This document shows positions 1 through 7,546 of a stretch of DNA of 16,754 nucleotides, in pieces. The position numbers were made by a program, and so were the translations under genes. A model generated the notes under the pieces. It was not told the DNA's origin, searched no databases, and saw only the letters and a program-made list of their open reading frames with translations. Location: NCBI GenBank assembly GCA_036679605.1, contig JAZDCZ010000052.1:1-16754 (forward strand), given 5' to 3'. This stretch comes from Gemmatimonadota bacterium. Lineage in GTDB: Bacteria > Gemmatimonadota > Gemmatimonadetes > Gemmatimonadales > GWC2-71-9. Each line of letters begins with the position of its first letter. Position 1 is the first letter of the stretch.

Positions 1-54
1 GGCAAGACACCGGTTACATAGGTCGGCATGCCGATTGGGACGGATAGCGTAGCC

Positions 55-768
55 TCAAATCCCTATGGCTACACCGATCCGAAAAGCAACGAGGTTGGTC
101 TGACTGCGGATCGGTAGAAGCGTTACAGAGCCATTGCGGTTTTCCACGATTCCACCGCGAGTCAAGTACTCGGCCTCTCCGTTGTGTGTCGTCTGAACTG
201 ACAGGTCGAGCGAGATCGGACGATTACCGTTCGATAAACGAAGGAGCAAACCGCCACCACCGGTAGTGGCAAATGTGAAGTCATCGAAATTAGTCGAGCT
301 TGCAAAGTTGCCCAGGCTCGCCGTGCCGCTCACCGACGACACAGTCGCGAAATACGAGAAACCGACCGTTCCGTACACGTAGGGTCTTACTGGACCGCTG
401 CCGAACGTGAACTGGGGACCCATACCTAGGTGCACTATGAAGTTGTCGGTATCTACGTCGACACCTACACGCCTGATTGTGTTGCTGAGCGGTGCGATGA
501 AGCTCTCATGGCCATAGAGCACCCATGAGCCATCGAAGCGGAGTCCGAGGTGGCGTCCCTCATCGAAGTTGACCACACCATAGACGCCGAGCCCACCACC
601 CACATCCACGAACTGCTGGAACTCACCCACTGGCCGGGCAAGGGTGAAGTTCACCCCGATTATGCTCTTGGGCCCACGGACCTCTCTGAGCTGAGCCCTG
701 ACACCTGTGGGAACCGACGCGACGAGTATCACTGGAAGAAGGAACCTTGCAAGCCAACGATCAGTCAT
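55..768 (-). CDS. Outer-membrane beta-barrel domain protein (small OMP-like), secreted
   Basis: 237-aa ORF. N-terminal signal-peptide-like segment (MTDRWLARFLLPVILVASVPTGVRAQ). Alternating Gly/aromatic amphipathic strands (LGLRFDGSWVLY, VRPYVYGTVGFSYF, ISLDLSVQ) and C-terminal strand FRIGVAIGI. GGAGG RBS on the minus strand at 775-779. Confidence 0.7.
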   Translation of the reverse strand: MTDRWLARFLLPVILVASVPTGVRAQLREVRGPKSIIGVNFTLARPVGEFQQFVDVGGGLGVYGVVNFDEGRHLGLRFDGSWVLYGHESFIAPLSNTIRRVGVDVDTDNFIVHLGMGPQFTFGSGPVRPYVYGTVGFSYFATVSSVSGTASLGNFASSTNFDDFTFATTGGGGLLLRLSNGNRPISLDLSVQTTHNGEAEYLTRGGIVENRNGSVTLLPIRSQTNLVAFRIGVAIGI

Positions 769-926
769 GAGATCCTCCGGTTTGCCACCTGGATCTCTTG
801 AGAATGCAAGCCACGTGCCTCGGACGTGATTGCGCAGAAGGCGTTGTAGTGACTGGAGTTAGCTCAAGTAACGCAGCACGGTGTTCGAAGGTAACGTCCC
901 CGGACGAGGACGATCCAAGACCAATC

Positions 927-1001
927 CCTTGGCCGCCACCCTGAACTGGCCGGTCTGTTCGAGGATGTTCCTCTTCAACGCGAATCCGACCCGCATTCAC
1001 C
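927..1001 (+). pseudogene. 75-bp non-coding fragment of the RelE-like toxin gene (copy of 7235-7309)
   Basis: Ungapped alignment with 7235-7309 gives 68/75 identity. It translates as LGRHPELAGLFEDVPLQRESDPHSP versus LGRHPELAGLFEDVLLQLESDPHAP. In that frame it lies between TAA (892-894) and TAG (1039-1041) with no start codon. Confidence 0.85.
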
Positions 1002-1030
1002 GGCTCGACCGAGGGACGTATATTGTGACC

Positions 1031-3556
1031 ATGCAGGTTAGCGGCGTGGCGGAGCAGTCTCCGAATTCACACTGCGAGCCGGCTCGGGCGCGTCTGCTCC
1101 GGTTGCTCCGGACGACCATCGCATGCGCGCTCACAGGGCTGGCCGTGGCCTGCGGGGATGACACGGCGGCTCCGCAGCAGCCCACCACCGGCGGTCTCGC
1201 CGTTACGATCACGGGCCTACCGAGGGGTGCCGCCGCAGGCGTCACGGTGAGCGGGCCCGCAGGATTCAGCCGGGCGCTCACCGCATCCGATACCCTTATC
1301 GGCCTCGAGCCCGGCACGTACACGGTCGCGGCGACTGCCGTGCTCGCTGCACAACAGACCTACGCCGCCACCCCTGACACCCAGGCAGTGAGCGTGCCGG
1401 CCGGCAGCGCTACCCAAGCCGCCGTGACCTATACGCTGGTCACGGGAGATCTGGCCGTTACACCGTCGGGTCTTCCCGCTGGGGTTAACGCCGCGCTCAC
1501 GGTGACGGGGCCCGCTGGATTCAGCCGGAGCCTTACGGGAGCCGATACGCTGGTCGGCATCCCGGCCGGCACCTACGCGGTGACCGCTGCGGATACCGTC
1601 GTGGGTGGGCAACGCTACGCGCCGGATTCCACCACGGTGGCGGTAGTGGTCACGGCCGGTACGCTGGCCGAGGTCATCGTCGCCTACAGTCAGGCCACCG
1701 GAAGCCTCGCCGTTACGATCACGGGCCTACCGACGGGTGCTGCCGCAGGCGTCACGGTGAGCGGGCCCGCAGGATTCAGCCGGGCGCTCACCGCATCCGA
1801 TACCCTTATCGGCCTCGAGCCCGGCACGTACACGGTCGCGGCGACTGCCGTGAACCTGACCGGGGATCAGTACACACCCGATAGCGCGAGCCAGGACGTG
1901 TTGGTGAGCGCGGCACAGGTGGCCTCGGTCGCCGTGACCTACAGCTTCGCGGGAACAGTTACGCTCAACTTGCGCATCGGCGGTCTGTACGCCGTGCAGA
2001 GCACACAGCGCTTTGCCGGGACCGTCCCGTTGATCCAGAACCGTGACGCGTATCTGCGGATCTTCGCGCTAGCGAACGAGGCCAACGCGATCCAACCCCT
2101 GGTGCGGGTGCGCCTGTTCGACGGGGGAAGCGTATTCGACACCCTCAGCATCAGCACCGCCCCGTCGCAGGTACCTACCACGGTGGACGAGGCCGTCCTC
2201 GCTTCGTCGTGGAACGTCCTCATCCCCGGCAGCGTGATCCAACCCGGCCTGTCGATCCTCGCAGACGTCGATCCGGGCGACGCGATCCTCGAGACCGACG
2301 AGACCGACAACCAGTTTCCGGTGAGCGGAACGCCGGTCCAGCTCAACGTGCGCCCGACGCCGACTCTGGCGCTGCGTTTCGTCCCGGTCCTCCAGTCAGC
2401 CACCGGCGACACCGGAAGGGTGGATCTCGCGAGCGCCGATCAATTCCTCGATCAGACGAGACTGATGTTCCCGCTGGCGGCATACGACGTGGACGTGCGC
2501 AGCGTATACACCACCTCCGAAGTCGCGCAAAGCAACGGAGCCGGTTGGGCAACGATCCTGAACGAACTCACGACACTGCGAAACGTGACGGATGAGAGTT
2601 CGAGGCACTACTACGGAGTGCTACAGACATCGTATACGACCGGCGTACAGGGACTGGCGTGGACTCCCTTCACACCGTCCGCCGAGCACCTGATCGCCGT
2701 CGGGCTGGACGATCCGGGTTTGCGGTCGGGGATCATGGCCCATGAACTCGGCCACAATTTCGGACGCAAACACGCAGAGTGCGGGGGAGGAGCCAACGTA
2801 GACGGGAATTACCCCTATGCGAACTCGTCCATAGGTGTATTCGGACTGGACATGGACAGCGCTACCGTCAAGGCGCCGAGCGACTTCAAGGACATCATGA
2901 GCAACTGCTCCCCGAAATGGGTGAGCGACTACACCTTCGAGGGGATACTCGACTTTCGGAACGCGCTGCCCGCGCCGGCGAGTGTGGCGCGACTGAGCCC
3001 CGTCCAGGGCCTGCTCGTATGGGGCCGTATCACACCGGACTCCATCGTTCTCGAACCGGCATTCGAGATCCTTGCGGCGCCAGTGCTCCCCAAACGCGCA
3101 GGTCCGTATCGGCTGGAGGCGTTCGCCGCGGACGGCGCATCGATCTTCGGCTACTCCTTTGCGGGAGCAATTGTCGCGGACCTCCCCGGGGGACCCGAAA
3201 CACACTTCTCGTTCCTCATACCGCTCGCCGATGCAGGAGGACGGCGTCCCGCGACGTTGCGGATCTCCGGCCCCGGGGTGCAGGCGACGCGCAGCTCGGC
3301 GGTAATCCCGCGAGGCCCCACCATGCTCCAGCGTGCGGCGCTGAGCGCCACCGCCGTCAACGAACGCCAGGTGCGGGTCGAATGGAATGCGGCGACATAC
3401 CCCATGGTCATGGTGCGCGATCCGGACAGCGGCGAGGTGCTCTCGTTTGCGCGGGGAGGATCGGTGAACATTTCCACCCGGCGCCGCGACCTGAGCCTGG
3501 TCTTCTCGGACGGGTTATCGAGCCTCACCGCCTCGGTTCGCGTTGCCGGCCGGTAG
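1031..3556 (+). CDS. Lipoprotein zinc metalloprotease (metzincin, M66/StcE-like) with three N-terminal ~85-aa beta-rich repeats
   Basis: Lipobox-like ALTGLAVA-C (Cys codon 1151-1153). HELGHNFGRKH = HExxHxxGxxH at 2741-2773, and a Met-turn-like KDIMSNC. Start is probably GTG 1025 or ATG 1031 (GAGGGA at 1011-1016) rather than 881. M66 assignment is by family resemblance only. Confidence 0.8.
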   Translation: MQVSGVAEQSPNSHCEPARARLLRLLRTTIACALTGLAVACGDDTAAPQQPTTGGLAVTITGLPRGAAAGVTVSGPAGFSRALTASDTLIGLEPGTYTVAATAVLAAQQTYAATPDTQAVSVPAGSATQAAVTYTLVTGDLAVTPSGLPAGVNAALTVTGPAGFSRSLTGADTLVGIPAGTYAVTAADTVVGGQRYAPDSTTVAVVVTAGTLAEVIVAYSQATGSLAVTITGLPTGAAAGVTVSGPAGFSRALTASDTLIGLEPGTYTVAATAVNLTGDQYTPDSASQDVLVSAAQVASVAVTYSFAGTVTLNLRIGGLYAVQSTQRFAGTVPLIQNRDAYLRIFALANEANAIQPLVRVRLFDGGSVFDTLSISTAPSQVPTTVDEAVLASSWNVLIPGSVIQPGLSILADVDPGDAILETDETDNQFPVSGTPVQLNVRPTPTLALRFVPVLQSATGDTGRVDLASADQFLDQTRLMFPLAAYDVDVRSVYTTSEVAQSNGAGWATILNELTTLRNVTDESSRHYYGVLQTSYTTGVQGLAWTPFTPSAEHLIAVGLDDPGLRSGIMAHELGHNFGRKHAECGGGANVDGNYPYANSSIGVFGLDMDSATVKAPSDFKDIMSNCSPKWVSDYTFEGILDFRNALPAPASVARLSPVQGLLVWGRITPDSIVLEPAFEILAAPVLPKRAGPYRLEAFAADGASIFGYSFAGAIVADLPGGPETHFSFLIPLADAGGRRPATLRISGPGVQATRSSAVIPRGPTMLQRAALSATAVNERQVRVEWNAATYPMVMVRDPDSGEVLSFARGGSVNISTRRRDLSLVFSDGLSSLTASVRVAGR
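1196..1852 (+). repeat. Intragenic tandem domain repeat with 255-bp period; units 1 and 3 share 147 bp at 145/147 identity
   Basis: 1196-1342 versus 1706-1852 differ only at 1224/1734 and 1231/1741. The middle unit (from ~1451, LAVTPSGLPAGVNAALTVTGPAGFSRSLTG) is homologous but diverged. Confidence 0.95.
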
Positions 3557-3809
3557 GAGGAGAGAGACGAAGACAGGGATAGGAAGAGCCAAATGGGGTG
3601 CGGCCCTCATCCCCCGAACAGGGTGTACGGGACGATTCGTGCCGCTGCTCGGCTGTTTGCCAGCCTGCGTGTCGGTCATTGGCACCCCCGGTATCGGTCG
3701 CGGTTTCTATAACGTCGCCTCGCCATCGTAACCATCTTAATGACGGATGTCGCTCGATTGGGGTAGCCGCTAGTTTCTGGCCCCGCGTCCTCCCCCGAAC
3801 ACGACCCGG

Positions 3810-5295
3810 TTAGTTCCGGTCCGGCTTCGAAAAAATCCGCTCGTAGGGCAGCGCACCCAGATCCACCACGCGCCCGTCCCGAATCACCTGATTGAGTTGG
3901 CGGATGTTGCTGATGTCCGCCAGCGGATCCGCGTCGAACATCAAGATGTCGGCTGATTTCCCGACCTCCAGCGTCCCAAACTCAGCCAACTTCTTGGCCG
4001 CAAGTGCGCCGTTGCGCGTCGCCGCGACGATCGCTTGCATCGGTGTCATGCCGAGTTCCACCAGACCTTCGATAGCGATGATGCTGCCGATGCCCGGCTT
4101 CTGGTAATCCGGCATCGGCGTGCGGCTGAACTCCGGTGCGTTGCCCAACCACGTATCGGTTCCTATGGCGGTGATGCATCCGGCCGCGATCAGCTTCTGG
4201 GCGTTCCGGCGGCCGTGGCCATAATCGCGGGCCCGTCGCTCGCGACGCAACTCGGCCGAAGTCTTTTCCCGTTGCTGTCGGCCGGCCTCCTGCTCCGAGG
4301 TCTCTTCGCTCTTCTGCCGTTCTGGGTGTCTCTCTAACGTCCGCTGCCACGCTTCGCCGGTCATCCAATTCGTGAGCATCGCGCATACGACGTCCCGTTC
4401 TACGATCAGGTCGATCACCTCGTCCGTTATCTCGCCGGTCACGATTTCAGGATGTTGAATGACGTCGATCCCCGCGAGGACGGACAACCTGAGACCCTCG
4501 GGACTGCTGGAGTGCGCGTCCACCGCCATGCCGCGCTTGTGAGCTTCCTCGACGATCGCGCGCTGTGCCCGCGGCGAAAAGCCGATCATCGTTGGGCCGG
4601 GGAAATGACTCGTACCGCCGTACTTGATGAAGTCCGGTCCCTTGTCGAGGTACTTGTTGACGGTGACGCGCAACCATCGCCATCAGTTCTTCGCCCGATC
4701 CCTGCGTGATGTAGTCGTTGAAGCGCTCCTGAAAGAGAGTGAGATCATCCTCGCGGTTGAGGGACATGGTGATGGAATAGGGGCCGCCCCAACCGATGAT
4801 ATTGCCGGCTACGAGCATGCGAGGTCCCACGGTATCTCCACGGGCGATCGCGTCGCGTATCTGAATCAACGCCAGCAGCGAACCGAAGGTGTCGCGTATA
4901 GTCGTAATGCCGTGCTTCAGGTGTAGTTGAGCGGCTTTCAGTGTGACATTGGCGTTTTGATCCTCGTACCTCACAATGGTCTCGCCGATGGCATAGAGCG
5001 ATACATGTGTGTTCGCATCGATGAATCCGGGCGTAACGAATTTTCCGTTTCCGTCGATAATTGTTGCGTCGTTGGGAACATCAACGGCGCTGCGTGGTCC
5101 AACCACACTGATTCGATTCCCCAAGACCACGATCGTTCCATCTACGATGGGTGGGCCGCCGTTGCCGTCGATGATGGTTGCGCCCACGATTGCCGTAGCA
5201 CGTTCGCTGACTTGACTCGCGGCAGCAGAGGGCAGCACCGCCGTCAAGAACAACGCCAGGTGGAGCCAAACTCTCGATCGGTGGTTTCTTCCCAT
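3810..5295 (-). pseudogene. Secreted metal-dependent amidohydrolase (Amidohydro_1, Xaa-Pro dipeptidase-like), frameshifted near 4674
   Basis: N-half (likely ATG at 5295, signal peptide MGRNHRSRVWLHLALFLTAVLPSAAASQ; AIVGATIIDGNG, TPGFIDANTH, GITTIRD, GPRMLVAG) and C-half (DFIKYGG, EAHKRGMAVDAH, IQHPE, IGTD, GMTPMQAIVAATRNGA, GTLEVGKSADIL..DPLADISN) lie in different frames, joined at ...ATG G TTG CGC... (4677-4668). Could be a sequencing or assembly error. Confidence 0.8.
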
Positions 5296-5410
5296 CACAA
5301 TTTTTTGGACCTTTCCCTCAGTTACTTTCGCCACCACACCAGTTGATAGCGGATAGAGTGAACGGTACGCCAATGCGTCCAGCGATCGTGCGGATGGTGG
5401 GCATTGAGGC

Positions 5411-6763
5411 TCAGTCCCGCGGCGATTCCTTGCGTGCGGTCCAAGTGTCGCCCTGCCGGTGAACAATCCAGCCCGGAGCCAACTCAAGAGACCACCCATC
5501 TCCCTGAACGGTGTCTGAGTCGATCTGTCGAGGGCCGGAAACCGTGAGAGCTGTCCAATCTTCCGCAACCAGGACCCCTCCATCGTCGATGTCCAGCTCT
5601 CCCCAAGCGCCGCTAAAGGTCGCCGAAAAATACACGGTCCCCAGTCCAGAAATCGGAACGATCCGATTAGGATCGAAGGTCATCCGAAGCGACTCGGCGG
5701 AGAGTACCAGGCGCACGCTCTTGGTGAAGCTAGCCCGGAGTGCCGCCACGCGGCGGCGGGCCTCTTCGGCACGAATGTGCTCGGCTTGTCGAACTTCGCC
5801 GAGGCCATACCGCTCTCCTCGGCCGTCGGCGTCGAGGTCCTCCGGACTCTGTCCAGCCATACCTAGGGTTTCGGCAAGAAGCGCGAACATGGGACGATCT
5901 GGTGCCACACGGTCTTTCCAAGTAGGGTCGAAGTCGTCCAGAAGGAGCCCCAGTCCAGGGCCAGTGGCGTAGGCAAAGCTACGGCCAAAGGATTCGGCAC
6001 TGTCCCGCCTCAGGATCGCGCTGCCGACCCTCGCCTGACCCTCGTGGGTTGCGTTCAGGGCGACCCGCGCTCCCGTGTAGGCTGCCAACCCCTCTTGGGT
6101 CTCCAGGGCAGCCTCGAGAGTGTCCGCTTCGAAGAGACGGAGGCGGGTCAATCGAAACGCCACCGCGTCCTCCGCTGCCTGCCGACGGGCGCGCCCGGGA
6201 GTTTCAAGGGCGTGGGCCAGCGCCCGAATTTCCATCCGCAACCAAGTCCGTCCGTCGGCTTCCTCGAGGTGAGCTTGCGCCCTGTCGGGGGAGTTCAGCC
6301 CCAGCTTGACCTGGACCCGATGAAACGCCTCGTGATGGAGAAGCTCGATTGCCGCAAACGGGTTCGACGGTAGGGGAGTCATGACCATGATCCACAGCTC
6401 TTCACCGAGAAGCGTACTCGTGTTGGCAACGCCGATCGAGTCCGGCAAGGTGCCCGACCAAACCCCTTCGCTTTCCCGAAAACCGTCGAACGGCGGCCTC
6501 TGACTCGCCCAGCTCTCACGAGAATCCTGATCGACCAGGATAAGCGGGCCACAGAGAGACTCAGACCACACCCGGGCCGCCTCCGAGGTGCAAACAGACT
6601 GAAAGGACCCGAACGCTGTTCGGGCCTCTCGCACGCGAGATGGCCCTTGCTGGCTCGACGCGGATTGGGGCGTGGCGGCGAGCAGGGTCGAGGTGATGAA
6701 AGCCGTGGTGAGGCATGAGAGCCCGGCCTTGGAATGCGACTTGTCGCGCGGGAGAACGATCAT
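5411..6763 (-). CDS. Secreted hypothetical protein, putative gluzincin-type (clan MA) zinc metallopeptidase
   Basis: Long ORF. Likely start ATG 6763, followed by a signal-like segment (LSCLTTAFITSTLLAATPQSASSQ). HEAFH at 6320-6334 and a downstream EGLAAY at 6077-6094 resemble the HExxH plus distal Glu ligand of gluzincins. Confidence 0.6.
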   Translation of the reverse strand: MIVLPRDKSHSKAGLSCLTTAFITSTLLAATPQSASSQQGPSRVREARTAFGSFQSVCTSEAARVWSESLCGPLILVDQDSRESWASQRPPFDGFRESEGVWSGTLPDSIGVANTSTLLGEELWIMVMTPLPSNPFAAIELLHHEAFHRVQVKLGLNSPDRAQAHLEEADGRTWLRMEIRALAHALETPGRARRQAAEDAVAFRLTRLRLFEADTLEAALETQEGLAAYTGARVALNATHEGQARVGSAILRRDSAESFGRSFAYATGPGLGLLLDDFDPTWKDRVAPDRPMFALLAETLGMAGQSPEDLDADGRGERYGLGEVRQAEHIRAEEARRRVAALRASFTKSVRLVLSAESLRMTFDPNRIVPISGLGTVYFSATFSGAWGELDIDDGGVLVAEDWTALTVSGPRQIDSDTVQGDGWSLELAPGWIVHRQGDTWTARKESPRD

Positions 6764-6868
6764 TCTCGGCTTTCCATTCGTAATGATGTCATGCATGAAA
6801 GATATCGACCCTGATGAAATCGAATGTGAACTGACGATACAACCTGGACATCGACGCGGTGTGAGCAT

Positions 6869-6908
6869 ATTATGGTGTTATAATCAGTGCGAAAAGAGGT
6901 TCCATAAT
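6869..6908 (+). promoter_or_regulatory. Sigma70 extended -10 promoter, RBS and candidate TA operator
   Basis: TG-T-TATAAT at 6876-6884 and AGAGGT RBS at 6895-6900. Inverted repeat ATTATGG (6869-6875) / CCATAAT (6902-6908), plus ATTAT-N6-ATAAT overlapping the -10. Confidence 0.65.
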
Positions 6909-7161
6909 GAGTACCATACCGGTACAGGAGGTCAAGCGACGGGGAATGTCAGTTCTGGACGAGGCGCTGGCCGAGGGGCCGGTGCACCTGGTAAAGAGTA
7001 ACCGGGCCCAGTACGTCGTGATGTCGGAACAGGACTACCGGCAACTGATGAACGATCTCGCCGAGGCACGGCTGGCCGCTTCCGAGGCGGATCTGAGAGA
7101 GGGTAGTGTGCGGCGTGGTGACGCGAAGGAGCTGATGAAGAGCCTCCGATCTGAAGAATAG
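6907..7161 (+). CDS. Type II antitoxin, Phd/YefM (prevent-host-death) family
   Basis: 84 aa with the Phd-like pattern GPVHLVKSNRAQYVVMSEQDYRQL and a charged C-terminus. Lies directly upstream of a RelE-like ORF and has its own promoter and RBS. Confidence 0.8.
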   Translation: MSTIPVQEVKRRGMSVLDEALAEGPVHLVKSNRAQYVVMSEQDYRQLMNDLAEARLAASEADLREGSVRRGDAKELMKSLRSEE

Positions 7162-7178
7162 GAAGGGAAGTTCAGCCT

Positions 7179-7463
7179 GTGCCGAGATTCGCGCTGGTGT
7201 GGACCGCGACGTTCGAACGCACGGCCCGCAAGTTCCTTGGCCGCCACCCTGAACTAGCCGGTCTGTTCGAGGACGTTCTTCTTCAGCTTGAATCCGACCC
7301 GCATGCACCTAAGCTGCGCCTTCATCGCCTCAAAGGAAAAAACCGCGACAAACACGCGGTCAGTCTGACCTACTCCTATCGGATCGTCCTGATTCTTCGT
7401 CTCACACCTGATGAGATCGTTCTTCTCGACGTCGGCTCGCACGACGAGGTCTACCGCGGGTAA
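7179..7463 (+). CDS. Type II toxin, RelE/StbE superfamily mRNA interferase (YafQ-like)
   Basis: 94 aa, basic, GTG start. Motifs WTATFERTARKF, LRLHRLKGK, YSYRIVL and C-terminal LLDVGSHDEVY are typical of RelE/YafQ-like toxins. Confidence 0.85.
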   Translation: MPRFALVWTATFERTARKFLGRHPELAGLFEDVLLQLESDPHAPKLRLHRLKGKNRDKHAVSLTYSYRIVLILRLTPDEIVLLDVGSHDEVYRG

Positions 7464-7472
7464 TGTATCTTC

Positions 7473-7492
7473 GCGACGGCTGAAGCCGCCGC
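7473..7492. repeat. GC-rich hairpin GCGACGGC-TGAA-GCCGCCGC (REP-like or terminator-like) after the toxin stop
   Basis: 8-bp stem with one mismatch and a 4-nt loop. No U-tract. Confidence 0.4.
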
Positions 7493-7546
7493 TCGGCTGG
7501 CCCGCATGCCTTCCCCCGAACATAGCCTCGGGGTAAACTTGGCCAC

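Noticed and set aside
23..34. Palindrome TCGGCATGCCGA downstream of the beta-barrel gene
   Set aside because: Short, no U-tract, and at the window edge, so there is not enough to call a terminator.
881..1030. ORF-track start of the metalloprotease at GTG 881
   Set aside because: The extension runs through the out-of-frame toxin-gene remnant and would put the lipobox about 90 residues from the N-terminus. A start at 1025/1031 fits better.
3557..3809. CRISPR array or tRNA/ncRNA in the 250-bp convergent intergenic region
   Set aside because: Only two 11-bp repeats 181 bp apart, no regular spacers, and no cloverleaf or recognisable RNA family.
5296..5583. N-terminal extension of the 4447..5583 ORF
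   Set aside because: It overlaps the 3' end of the 5411 gene in another frame. The signal peptide begins at ATG 5295.
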